Positions 48,442-58,434 of a stretch of DNA of 64,000 bases are shown here, one piece after another. The stretch is from Nitrospinales bacterium. Its GTDB lineage: Bacteria > Nitrospinota > Nitrospinia > Nitrospinales > VA-1. Numbering within the stretch: position 1 is the stretch's first letter; every line of letters begins with the position of its first letter. The stretch lies in assembly GCA_965223795.1 (NCBI GenBank), contig CBDCXL010000002.1:32001-96000 (forward strand). Reading direction: 5' to 3'. Both the position numbers and the translations under genes were made by a program. The notes under the pieces are model-generated. The model was not told the DNA's origin, did no database searches, and saw only the letters and a list, made by a program, of their open reading frames with translations.

Positions 48442-51400
48442 CTACTTGTTCATGGACAGCCTGTCATCCCCCACCGGTTCGGTGGAAGCGGCCTTATTGG
48501 GCTTGGCCGCCCCCTGTCCGAGAGGCAGGATGGACTGCTCGCCCTGAGGCAGCACTTTGAAGTAACCCCACTGACCTGCCTGCTGATAGGGGGTCCTCGC
48601 ATTCAGCCACAGGTAGGTGCCGGGATTCCTGTAAGTGCCGCCGGCGGTGAAAAAGGCCTGGATGTACTCGCCGCCGCCGAACTCTTCGACGTCGATCATG
48701 TCAGAACCTTCCTGCATGATGTGGCGGCGCCACTGATGGCCGTCCAGGTTGAACATCTGGTTCTGCTCGTTGTGCGCACCGAACACGTTGATCATCACAC
48801 GGTCGCCGGCATGTGCCTTGAGCACCGGCGTCGCGGGATCGCTGTCCGCTGCCACGCAGGGCGTGAAGATATTGCCCAGCTCACAACCTTCATCCTCGCG
48901 ATACGTCCACGGCTCCAACCGGTAGTTGACGCCGGTCAGCCCCGCCACGTTCTGCAGGTACGGCATGAACGAGGTGCCGAGGATGTTGTCCTCATCCTGG
49001 AAGTACAGAGCGAAATCGCGGTAGTTCTCGAGATGCTCGTTGCCAGGATAGGATTTGTCGACGATCACGTCCGCTTTCCAGGAGTTGCCGAGCGAGATGT
49101 CCTTGCCGGTCTCCGGATCGCGGTACACCGAGCCGCGCGGCCCGATGATGATCGCGCCGTACATGCCGTCGCGAACGTTGGTCGTCAGGTTGCCGAAATC
49201 CCACAGCAACGCGCCGTTCAGACCGTAGTCCGGATGGGCGTAGTAGGTGTAGGTCTTCGACTTGCCGGGAGCAACGGTCTGATCGCCGGGATTGTTCCCC
49301 ACGTTGATCCCCTGGGAATCCATGGGATCGAACGCCACGTTGTTCGCGTGCAGGGACGCGTTCCCTTCCTTCAGACGGTTGGTCAGCTTGATCTTGACGC
49401 AGTCGCCGATGTTGGCGCGAATGGTCAGAGGATGCGGCATGACGTCGTCGTCCGCGGCTTTGCTCACTTCACCCTCGAGCGCGAAGATCTTGGCGTTGGC
49501 GTTCGCGAGCAGCAGCTTGCGCTCGAAATCCACCTCGATCTCGTCTTCGGCGTTGGGGTTGAACTTCAGCGCCTTGTTGATGGCAACCACACTGAAATTC
49601 TTAACCGGTGCGCCTTTCGGGCAAACTTCTTTGCGGACTTTCTTTTTGAACTCCGCTTCCTCGTTGCCGGGAAGCTCTTTCAGGTCCTTCTGCAGCTTGT
49701 CGTGGACCCGGATGATGCCCCAGCTGCCCTCGGAAAACTTCGAGGTGCGGCCGTTGTAATAGAGGTAATCACCCGCCATGCCCTGGTAGCCGCCGGCGGT
49801 GGTCGCCAGGTCGTACCGTTCCGCAATACCGATGTGGATGGTATTGGTGACACGGGAATCACGGTCGTAGCGCTCGGGGCGGTAACCGTGACCGGAAACG
49901 ACAAAGGTATGGGTCTCGTTCTGCATTCCATGAAGCAGACGGAACACAACGCTGTCACCCACGTACGCTCTCAGCATCGGCGTGGAGGGTTCCCCATGCA
50001 CCTTGCTGCTGAACAGCTTGGAAGCGTCCTTGTTGTTGTTCAGCCGCGCCTTCAGAGAAGAGGCCCGGAAGTTGAAGCCGCCGCCTGTGGTGTGCGTGCC
50101 GCCGTTCAGAAACGGGAAGGCCACTTCCAGCATGTCGTCCGGCATCTGAAAGGAGATGGACTGACCGGCTGCGATGGCGTTCTTTCGGGACAGGCCCGGA
50201 GGATTGCCCTCGGACACCAGCTGCGCGGTGTGCGGCACGGTGTCGTGCAATTGTGCCACCAGTTCGCGGAAACTGCCGTTTCTGCCGTACGCAAACGGTT
50301 CGGTGCCGTGAATGTCGGCGACCGGACCGCTGCGGATCTCTTTACCCGTCTTGGGATCGTGATACGTGGATCCCCAGGGTTCGACGATCGTCGATCCGAT
50401 GCCGCCGTGCGGCCAGGTGGTCGCGCCGAACGCGTGGTCGTGCCAGAACACCAGCCCGACGTCCGCGTCGACCCACCATCGGTACCGCACGTACTCGGTG
50501 GTCACGATTTCACCTTTCTTGTGGGCGTGCTTCATGGCTTCGGAAAAGGTGATCTTGTACTTGCCATCCTTCGCGAACGCCTTGTTGGGATCGGGACTGA
50601 TGGATTTGATCCAGCGCGCGTCCTTGCCGTTGGGCACCTCGATGCCGACGATGATGTCCGCACCGACGTGGAACGGGGTCGCGCCTTTCGCCATCTCGAT
50701 CTCAACCACGGTGTCGCCCGGCTTGGTGTCTTTCAAAAGCTTGGCGTTCATCGGGACCGGCATGCCGACATGGTGGCCGTCCTTCATCTTCTTGGTGAAC
50801 TGCCTGTAGGACCTCATGGACTGATCGTAGGAGAATCCGGAGATCACGCCGTCGGAGGCCTGGTTGTCGAACTGGAAGAAATGCGGATGGATATTGACTT
50901 TCGACATCTGGAAGTTGGTGAAGTCGTCGTCGTTCCATTCGCTGGTCAGCAGCACGTCCACACAATCGTAGACGTTCGCCCGGATCACCAGCGGATACGC
51001 GATTTTCGGATCCGCTTTGACCGCCGCCATGTCCTCGTCGATCACGTAGATGAGACCGTACTTGTCGATGACGGGCGGGGTTTTACCGATGGCGTCGGAA
51101 AGCTGAATCGGCGTGTTGATGAAGTGCAGGTTGTACTGCTTGCGTCCCGCACCCCGCGGGCACAGGCTCCAGCGTCCGTGCTCACCCGGTTTGGCGGGTG
51201 CGCTGCTCTCCACGTTGGGCCCCGTAAGACCGCTGCCCGATTCGGACGCCAGGATCTCGTCGTCCGGCTTCAGGTGGAACGGCTCCAGCCAGGGAGCGCC
51301 GCCGTGATGGCGTGCGAACGGTACCCGCTTGCCGAAATGCGGCGTCATGTGCGGCCACGCCAGCTTCCCGGTGAGCGGAGAAAACTGAATCGGATGCCGC

Positions 51401-53385
51401 TTGCCGGGATGCGGAGATTTGTATTTCGGCCATTTGACGATGGTTTCCCTTTCCGAGAGAGCGGTGGTGCCTTTCCAGCCGTAATCCCAGACGGAACCGT
51501 CGTAGGCGAGGATCTGGCCTTTCAGGTCGTCGGTGTGGCCGGGCTTGCCCTGAGGCGGCAGCATGTACTTCACCCAGTCCTTGACGTTGACGACCGGCGC
51601 TTTCTGGGTCCAGTCGCTGTTGCCTTTGCCGACGATCTTGAACTTCTTGCCGAACCAGTCCATCGTCTTGCCGACCAGCTTGTCGGAACTCACGCCTTTG
51701 GGAATGCGTCCCTTACGATCGGGAAGCTCCTGCAGCGGACGCATGACGTCGGTGCTGCCGAACGGGTAGTTGCCGTCCTGAATCGTGTTGTACACACGCC
51801 AGTAGCCCCACATGCCGGCGACGTAGTGATGCGCGACGTGGCAGTGGAACAGAAAGTCGCCCGCCAGACGCTGGCACAGGCCGGAACCGCACTCGGTCTC
51901 AAGGTCCAGCGCTTCGGAAGGACCGATGACTTCCACGTCGACGCGGTCGGTGGTCGTGCGCACGACCGGGTACTTGACCGGACCGTTCCATGCGGCCGTG
52001 GTCAGGTTTTCCAGACCGGGCTCGCGCTTGGGTGAACGGGTCCAGCGGATCGTGCCGCCATGCGGATGGTGCGAGTGGAACACTTCGCCGCCGCCGTGGA
52101 TCAGGCGGAACTTCGCCGGATCGCCCAGGTAGGACCGGGGGATCGTGGTCGGCGCATCGCCGAAGGTGTAGGAACTGTAAGACAGGGATTCGTCTTCAAA
52201 ATGGAATTTCTTTTCCTGTACTGCAAGGTTGTTGATGCCGAACGGCTCACTGCGGTAGTTCATCGCGCGGGCAGAAGGACGGTACGCGTCGGTCTGCGGA
52301 TCGCGCTGCGGAATCATCTCGCCGTGACGGTTCAGCGGACGGAAAGACTCGTCACCCACTTCATGATAGAACAGGGCGAACTCGCGGAAGTCTTTCGCTT
52401 CGTCGTTGACGATCATCGCCATCCAGCCGGATTCCAGCGGACCGCCGGTCCACGGATCCAGATACCTGGAACCTTTGGGCTCGACGATGAACGCGCCGAT
52501 CAGACCCAGCGAGGAAGGATCGCGGCCGGCATGACTCTGGATCATGTGGCTGCCTTCCTGCTCGTCGATGGGAATGAACCACTCGAAATCCTGCGTTTCG
52601 CCGGACGGGATGATCGCACCGGGAGACGCGGCCGTCGCCGGAGCGCCGGTGGAGCTGATGATCATGGCGGAACCGTTGACCTGAAAACCGATGTCTTCGT
52701 CCTCGACCTCGTTGCGGACCTTGAAGCGCACGCAGTCGCCCTGGTTGCCGCGGATGGTCAGAGGCTGAATCACATCGCCCTGAAGACCATTGGTGAGAGA
52801 ACCGGGATCGAGTTCGTCTTCACGCGCTTCGGCGTTTCTTTCTTCATCTTTACGAACCTGATCGACGTTCTTGGTGAGCACGTACATGTAGCCGGGATAA
52901 TAGTCGCCCCACTGATTCAACGTGATCTCGACGTTGATCGCCGTGATGTCGTAAGTCTTGACCGGCGCGGAGCTGGGGCAGTGCGCCCCTTTGTACACTT
53001 TATCCGCGGCTTCGGAAGGTCCCAGCAGATAGCTCTGGCCGAGCTGATGCGCCGCCCAGGAATCGTGGAAACCGCCGCCCGCGGATGCCGGAGCGGCGTG
53101 CTCCTTCAGTTTGCCCTGGAGCTTGTCCATCAACCGCATGAACGTGTTGTTCATCTGCTCCTGGCGGTTGTCCATGCCGCTCATCATTTCCTCGGTGTTG
53201 ACCTGCTCTTCCAGCTTCTTGAGCCAGGCCGGCTGGTCTACCGCGGAGTTGATGCTTGCGGGTTTAGCGTGCATGGAATGATCCATCTTCATTTGCGCGC
53301 CTGCGGGAAGCCCCCATCCCAGCACCAGAAAGGCCGCCGCGAGCGCATACCCAATTATCCACCTCTTTTTGACATGAAACTGCAT
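48442..53385 (-). CDS. Giant MnxG-type multicopper oxidase, copy 2
   Basis: Paralog of 40522..45477 with the same four copper motifs; GGAGG 7 nt before MQFHV. Confidence 0.88.
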   Translation of the reverse strand: MQFHVKKRWIIGYALAAAFLVLGWGLPAGAQMKMDHSMHAKPASINSAVDQPAWLKKLEEQVNTEEMMSGMDNRQEQMNNTFMRLMDKLQGKLKEHAAPASAGGGFHDSWAAHQLGQSYLLGPSEAADKVYKGAHCPSSAPVKTYDITAINVEITLNQWGDYYPGYMYVLTKNVDQVRKDEERNAEAREDELDPGSLTNGLQGDVIQPLTIRGNQGDCVRFKVRNEVEDEDIGFQVNGSAMIISSTGAPATAASPGAIIPSGETQDFEWFIPIDEQEGSHMIQSHAGRDPSSLGLIGAFIVEPKGSRYLDPWTGGPLESGWMAMIVNDEAKDFREFALFYHEVGDESFRPLNRHGEMIPQRDPQTDAYRPSARAMNYRSEPFGINNLAVQEKKFHFEDESLSYSSYTFGDAPTTIPRSYLGDPAKFRLIHGGGEVFHSHHPHGGTIRWTRSPKREPGLENLTTAAWNGPVKYPVVRTTTDRVDVEVIGPSEALDLETECGSGLCQRLAGDFLFHCHVAHHYVAGMWGYWRVYNTIQDGNYPFGSTDVMRPLQELPDRKGRIPKGVSSDKLVGKTMDWFGKKFKIVGKGNSDWTQKAPVVNVKDWVKYMLPPQGKPGHTDDLKGQILAYDGSVWDYGWKGTTALSERETIVKWPKYKSPHPGKRHPIQFSPLTGKLAWPHMTPHFGKRVPFARHHGGAPWLEPFHLKPDDEILASESGSGLTGPNVESSAPAKPGEHGRWSLCPRGAGRKQYNLHFINTPIQLSDAIGKTPPVIDKYGLIYVIDEDMAAVKADPKIAYPLVIRANVYDCVDVLLTSEWNDDDFTNFQMSKVNIHPHFFQFDNQASDGVISGFSYDQSMRSYRQFTKKMKDGHHVGMPVPMNAKLLKDTKPGDTVVEIEMAKGATPFHVGADIIVGIEVPNGKDARWIKSISPDPNKAFAKDGKYKITFSEAMKHAHKKGEIVTTEYVRYRWWVDADVGLVFWHDHAFGATTWPHGGIGSTIVEPWGSTYHDPKTGKEIRSGPVADIHGTEPFAYGRNGSFRELVAQLHDTVPHTAQLVSEGNPPGLSRKNAIAAGQSISFQMPDDMLEVAFPFLNGGTHTTGGGFNFRASSLKARLNNNKDASKLFSSKVHGEPSTPMLRAYVGDSVVFRLLHGMQNETHTFVVSGHGYRPERYDRDSRVTNTIHIGIAERYDLATTAGGYQGMAGDYLYYNGRTSKFSEGSWGIIRVHDKLQKDLKELPGNEEAEFKKKVRKEVCPKGAPVKNFSVVAINKALKFNPNAEDEIEVDFERKLLLANANAKIFALEGEVSKAADDDVMPHPLTIRANIGDCVKIKLTNRLKEGNASLHANNVAFDPMDSQGINVGNNPGDQTVAPGKSKTYTYYAHPDYGLNGALLWDFGNLTTNVRDGMYGAIIIGPRGSVYRDPETGKDISLGNSWKADVIVDKSYPGNEHLENYRDFALYFQDEDNILGTSFMPYLQNVAGLTGVNYRLEPWTYREDEGCELGNIFTPCVAADSDPATPVLKAHAGDRVMINVFGAHNEQNQMFNLDGHQWRRHIMQEGSDMIDVEEFGGGEYIQAFFTAGGTYRNPGTYLWLNARTPYQQAGQWGYFKVLPQGEQSILPLGQGAAKPNKAASTEPVGDDRLSMNK

Positions 53386-53614
53386 TTCATATCCTCCCAT
53401 TGATAACACACATAAAATGCATGCGGTTCGCACGCCGTTCCCTTGGAAAATAGGGGCGGTTTGCGAACCTCTCTTTTTTTCCGCGCAGCCTCCCAACTGG
53501 CGGTACGACTTTTTATTTAAAGGATTTGGCTTCGAAAGATCCTTGAATTTCGAGTTTTGGATTGAAAAAGCGGGATTTTAACCTCAAATAAAAGACCGAG
53601 AACTCTACCACACA

Positions 53615-54985
53615 TTAATTTTCCTGTACAAGTGCCAAATGGAACTTTTTTTCATCCCGCTTCAACAGCAAGAAAACCGGTCCTCCCCTGGGAATTTTGT
53701 GGACGATATTCTCATAATGCTTGCGGCTGGTGACGACTTCCCCGTTCACGGACAGGATTCGGTCCCCCGATTGCAGCCCCTTGGCTTCGGCGGAACTGCC
53801 GGGGAGCACCCGGCTGATGCCGAGCCCCTCCAGGTTTTCATCGAGCTCGTCCGCCGCATCCATCACTTCGATGCCCAGAACATGGGTCGCTTCTCCGGCT
53901 TCCTTATTAAAGGAAGCGCGTGCGTGGATTTCCTTTTTCTGCTGTTCCAGCTTGACCGGGATCATCTGCGACTGTCCGTCGCGCAGGATGTCCAGGTGGA
54001 CCGTCTGGCCGGGAGAAATCACGCCGATGATGCGGATCATGCGAGCCGGCGAGTTGACCGGCACGCCGCCGATGCGCAGGATGACGTCGCCCACCTTGAG
54101 CCCCGCCTTATGGGCGGGATCGCCTTCGAACACGGCGTTGACCATCACCCCCTCGCCTTCCTTGAGCAGTTCCCAGTCGTGGATCATTTCCGGAGTCACA
54201 GGCTCGATGCCCACGCCCAGCCAGCCGCGCCGCACTTCCCCGAACTCGCGCAATTGTGAGACGACGCGCTGCACCATGTTGGAGGGAATCGCGAAACCGA
54301 TGCTCTGGGCGTAATTGATGATGGCGGTGTTGATGCCGATGACTTCTCCGTCCAGGGTTATCAGCGGGCCGCCGGAGTTTCCGGGATTGATCGAGGCATC
54401 GGTCTGGATGAAATCCTCGTAGCGGGACAGGTTGATGTTTTCCCGGTTGAGGCCGCTGATGATGCCGAAGGTCATGGTGTCGTTCAAACCGTAGGGATTG
54501 CCGACGGCTACCACCATCTGGCCCACTCTGGCCTGGGTCGAATCGGCGAATTTCACCTCAGGCATGGGAATTTCAATTTCAACGCGAACCAGCGCCAGAT
54601 CGGTGTCTTCGTCGGTGCCCAGCACGTCGCCGATTTTTTCCTTTCCTCCGAAGAAGGTGACCTGCACTTTATCGGAATTCCGGACGACATGGCTGTTGGT
54701 GACGATCAGCCCTTTAACGCCGTCGATGATGACTCCCGCTCCGGCGTTGGAGGGCCGTCCGCGCAGTCCTCTGGAGGGCTGCACGACCTGGGAAGGCGGC
54801 ACGTACGGAGAGATGCTGACCACGGCGGGTCTCACCCTGTCCGCCAGGGTAATGAGAGCGGACTGCATTTCCCGGAGCAGGGTCAGGCCTTTGGATTCGG
54901 CGTGGGCCGTGCCTGCCAGCAACACAAAATAAAGAATGAAACCGAGGATCGGGGTGCGAAGTCTGAATCGGGCTGGAGCGTTCAT
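53615..54985 (-). CDS. HtrA/DegP-family serine protease with two PDZ domains
   Basis: TNSHV, TDLA, QTDASINPGNSGGPL, RGWLGV. Confidence 0.95.
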   Translation of the reverse strand: MNAPARFRLRTPILGFILYFVLLAGTAHAESKGLTLLREMQSALITLADRVRPAVVSISPYVPPSQVVQPSRGLRGRPSNAGAGVIIDGVKGLIVTNSHVVRNSDKVQVTFFGGKEKIGDVLGTDEDTDLALVRVEIEIPMPEVKFADSTQARVGQMVVAVGNPYGLNDTMTFGIISGLNRENINLSRYEDFIQTDASINPGNSGGPLITLDGEVIGINTAIINYAQSIGFAIPSNMVQRVVSQLREFGEVRRGWLGVGIEPVTPEMIHDWELLKEGEGVMVNAVFEGDPAHKAGLKVGDVILRIGGVPVNSPARMIRIIGVISPGQTVHLDILRDGQSQMIPVKLEQQKKEIHARASFNKEAGEATHVLGIEVMDAADELDENLEGLGISRVLPGSSAEAKGLQSGDRILSVNGEVVTSRKHYENIVHKIPRGGPVFLLLKRDEKKFHLALVQEN

Positions 54986-55427
54986 GTTATCATGGACCGG
55001 CGTATGGAGTTGACCTATCCGGGAAACAAGAGGGGATTGGGGCTGTTTTCCCGAATGTGGAACTTTCGGACAACGGTGAAACGGCTGCTTTATTTTTTTT
55101 CCTGCGACGGATGTCTGGGAAAACCCTGCTGAATTTTAATTTCAAGGAGTTTTGAGAGTCTATTTTTTACTCATTCTGAGCGTGTTGTCAAGATAAGAAA
55201 AGGCGGAAACGTCCTCCCCGGCGCGCAACCTTTCGACGGGCTGCTTCAGCCACCGCGAAATGGCTTTCAAACCCTTGAAACCTAATGGCCCCCCGCTGAC
55301 CGGGAAAGGGCTGGACCGCAGCGTATCGGGTCCCGTCTTTGGAGAGCGGGCCGCGGTTTGCGAGCCGGTATCGCCGCGGGGATGAGGTTCCGCATTTTTA
55401 ACCCATTTAAAGGAAGAACTTGCAGCG

Positions 55428-56120
55428 ATGGAGCGGATGGAGCGGTTTGAAACGAAGACGGCGGAAGAAATTCTTTCCTGGACGGTGGAGCGTTTTGGTT
55501 TGAAGGCGGGGCTGGCTTCCAGCTTCGGCATGGAGGACATGGTCCTCATCGACATGCTGCACAAACTGGGCGGCGGATTGACCGTGTTCACACTGGACAC
55601 CGGCCGGCTGCACGAAGAGACCTACCGGACGATGGAGACCGTGCGCAGCCGCTACGGCATCGCGGTCCGCACCTACTTTCCGCAGCAGGAGGCGGTGGAA
55701 AAGCTGGTGCGCGAGAAGGGGTTTTTCTCATTCAAGGAAAGCGTGGACAACCGCAAGGAATGCTGCTTCATCCGCAAGGTGGAACCGCTCAACCGGGCGC
55801 TCGGTGAGCTCGAAGCCTGGGTGACCGGCCTGAGGCGGGACCAGAACGTGACCCGCACGGACACGCCCAAAGTGGCGGACGATGCGGACCACCCTCCCCT
55901 GCTCAAGATCAACCCGATCGCGGACTGGACGCAGCAGCAGGTGGAGCGCTATATCGCCGAGCACAAGGTGCCCGTCAACCCGCTGCACGCGCAGAATTAT
56001 CCCAGCATCGGCTGCGCCCCCTGCACCCGTCCCATCGAGCCGGGTGAGGATCTGCGCGCGGGGCGCTGGTGGTGGGAAAACCCCGAACACAAGGAATGCG
56101 GCCTGCACCGGCCACGGTGA
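55428..56120 (+). CDS. cysH: Adenosine 5'-phosphosulfate reductase ([4Fe-4S] type)
   Basis: LDTGRL, CC..RKVEPL, TGLRRDQ, YPSIGCAPCT, ECGLH. Confidence 0.93.
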   Translation: MERMERFETKTAEEILSWTVERFGLKAGLASSFGMEDMVLIDMLHKLGGGLTVFTLDTGRLHEETYRTMETVRSRYGIAVRTYFPQQEAVEKLVREKGFFSFKESVDNRKECCFIRKVEPLNRALGELEAWVTGLRRDQNVTRTDTPKVADDADHPPLLKINPIADWTQQQVERYIAEHKVPVNPLHAQNYPSIGCAPCTRPIEPGEDLRAGRWWWENPEHKECGLHRPR

Positions 56121-56143
56121 GCCGGTCTCGCGGTTTTACAAAC

Positions 56144-56857
56144 TCAGGCGCGGTTTTCTTCAGGGACCGGTTCGGTGCGTGCGCCGGACGCGATGCGTTC
56201 CCCGTCTGCGAGGACCGACGCCAGGAAGGGCGCGAGCCAGGAAGCCACCTGTCCCGCCTTTTGCAGCAGGTTACCCTGCAAACTGTCTTTTCCCGCACTC
56301 AGCTTTTCAGTCAGCCAGCGGTCGGCTTCGATGCAGCAAAGCGGCAGCAGTTGAAACGCCAGGCCCGCGACCGCGGCCATCTCACCGAATGCGGTGCGCC
56401 ATCCACCGCCTGCGGGCGGGGTCTCGACGGGCATCCAGGTTTGCGGATGCGTCGTGTGGATGAACAGCCAGGAGAGCAGGAACATGAAGAGCAGCCGGCT
56501 GGTGTTCATCGCTCCGGCTTCCAGGCCTTCCAAGGTCAGGGTCAACGGCAGCCACTCCAGCGCCGGCACCGGTGTTCCGGACGCGAACAGGACGGGAAAC
56601 ATCCCGGCGATCAGCACGAACCAGACTACCGGCCGCATCGCCTTGAGCAGACTGAAAAACGGGATGCGCGCCAGAATCACACCGGCCCCTGCCGCCAGGG
56701 CGAGCACGGCGATGCCGGTCCAGCCTCCCCAAACCGCACCCGCAGCCAGAAGCAAGGCCAGACCGATTTTCAAGCGTACGGGCATCCGGTGCAGCCCGCT
56801 GCTTCCCGCTGTGTAGCCGTGGCTGAAAATCAGGCGCGATACATTTTTATCCTGCAC
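56144..56857 (-). CDS. Energy-coupling factor transmembrane component (EcfT/CbiQ-like), divergent
   Basis: S.LHRM..R.K N-terminus, TM helices, TT.P motif. Confidence 0.65.
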   Translation of the reverse strand: MQDKNVSRLIFSHGYTAGSSGLHRMPVRLKIGLALLLAAGAVWGGWTGIAVLALAAGAGVILARIPFFSLLKAMRPVVWFVLIAGMFPVLFASGTPVPALEWLPLTLTLEGLEAGAMNTSRLLFMFLLSWLFIHTTHPQTWMPVETPPAGGGWRTAFGEMAAVAGLAFQLLPLCCIEADRWLTEKLSAGKDSLQGNLLQKAGQVASWLAPFLASVLADGERIASGARTEPVPEENRA

Positions 56858-56958
56858 GGCGGTTCTCCCATATCTCTAAGGGGACGGATTCGCGTCCGGC
56901 TTGATCGCCCGGTCAATTTGTGGAATCATACCGGTCAATTCAATTTCCCCGCGACGCC

Positions 56959-57615
56959 ATGCCATCCCATCCCAACATCATAGACGAAACGCGCCGCCAC
57001 GTCGAATCGCGGCTGGAGGGCGACGGTTCCGGCCACGACTGGTGGCACTGTTACCGTGTCTGGCAACTGGCCCGCACGATCGCCGACGCGGAAGGGGCGG
57101 ACCGGACGGTGGTCGAACTGGGCGCGCTGCTGCACGACATCGCCGACTGGAAATTTCACGGCGGCGACGAGTCGGCGGGCCCGCGCGAAGCGAGGGCGTT
57201 TCTGGAACAGCACGCTGCGGAACCGGACACGGTCGATTCGGTGTGCGAGATCATCGCGACGGTGTCGTACAAGGGCGCGGGCGTGCCGACGCCGATGCGA
57301 ACGCTGGAGGGCCAGGTGGTGCAGGACGCGGACCGGCTGGACGCCATCGGCGCGATGGGCATCGCGCGGGCGTTCGCCTACGGCGGCAACAGGGACCGGC
57401 TGATGTACCATCCGGACGAGCCGCCTGTGATGCACCAGAGTTTCGAGGAATACAAGAAGAACAAGGGGCACACGATCAATCATTTTTACGAGAAGCTGCT
57501 GCTGCTCAAAGACCGGATGAACACCGCCACCGGCCGCTCGCTGGCGGAATCGCGGCACCGCTTCATGGAAGCCTATCTGCAACAGTTTTTCGAGGAATGG
57601 GATGGAAAACGCTGA
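56959..57615 (+). CDS. HD-domain phosphohydrolase
   Basis: GHDWWH..RV, LLHDIAD, VQDADRLDAIGA, HFYEKLL. Confidence 0.92.
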   Translation: MPSHPNIIDETRRHVESRLEGDGSGHDWWHCYRVWQLARTIADAEGADRTVVELGALLHDIADWKFHGGDESAGPREARAFLEQHAAEPDTVDSVCEIIATVSYKGAGVPTPMRTLEGQVVQDADRLDAIGAMGIARAFAYGGNRDRLMYHPDEPPVMHQSFEEYKKNKGHTINHFYEKLLLLKDRMNTATGRSLAESRHRFMEAYLQQFFEEWDGKR

Positions 57616-58429
57616 ACGCATCGACGCCTGCGCCGCGCTTTTGCGCGAAGGCGGGAGGCTTCTGATATTGACCAGCGCCGGAATGAGCGCCGACTCGAAC
57701 ATTCCCACGTTCCGCGACAAGGACGGCTACTGGCGCAATTTCCCGCCGTTTCGGGAAAAGAACCTGGAAGCGCAGGACCTCGCCAGCCCGTGGGCTTTCC
57801 GCAACGAGCTTCCGCATGCCTGGGCCTTTTACGAATGGCGGCGGCGCAACGCGGACGAAAACACGCCGCACGCGGGTTACGCGATCCTCAACACCTGGAT
57901 GGATGAAAACTTTGACGAGGGGTTCATCCACACCACCAACACGGACGGCTACCACCTGCGCTCGGGCAGCCCGGCGGACCGTGTGATGGAGGTGCACGGC
58001 TCTATGTGGCGGCTGCAGTGCCTGGATGCGTGCTCGCACCGGTTCTGGGACGAGCCCGCGGTGCCGCTGTGCGACCTGGATCACGACACGATGCGCGCCT
58101 CGGGCTTTCCCAAATGCCGGCACTGCGGTTCGATCGCGCGGCCGCACATCCTCATGTTCGGCGACGGCGAATACGTGGGGCATCCTGAGCAGGAACGCAA
58201 TTTCCAGGACTTCGCCGGACGCAGGATCGACCTGGTGCTTTTAATCGGCAGCTCCGGCTCGGTGCCGACGAACGATTACATCGCCTACCAGCTGCAGCAG
58301 CACGGCGCCAAGGTGATCAACATCAATCCGGACGCGGCGGCGAACTCCATCGTCGGCACGGAGTACTTCCTTCCCATGACCAGCAAGGCGGCGCTGGAGG
58401 CACTCCACCGCGCCGCGTTCGAAACCTGA
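57602..58429 (+). CDS. Sir2-family NAD-dependent deacylase
   Basis: AGMSADS.IPTFR, N.DG, EVHGS, CxxxC/CxxC zinc ribbon, RPHILMFG, ININP. Confidence 0.88.
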   Translation: MENAERIDACAALLREGGRLLILTSAGMSADSNIPTFRDKDGYWRNFPPFREKNLEAQDLASPWAFRNELPHAWAFYEWRRRNADENTPHAGYAILNTWMDENFDEGFIHTTNTDGYHLRSGSPADRVMEVHGSMWRLQCLDACSHRFWDEPAVPLCDLDHDTMRASGFPKCRHCGSIARPHILMFGDGEYVGHPEQERNFQDFAGRRIDLVLLIGSSGSVPTNDYIAYQLQQHGAKVININPDAAANSIVGTEYFLPMTSKAALEALHRAAFET

Positions 58430-58434
58430 TCACA

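Noticed and set aside
40447..52035. Very long plus-strand ORFs (1220 and 1203 aa) and similar antisense ORFs across the window
   Set aside because: They are shadows of GC-rich minus-strand genes, with no motifs or RBS
55130..55427. SAM riboswitch upstream of cysH
   Set aside because: Only an isolated GCAACC; the other SAM-I elements are missing
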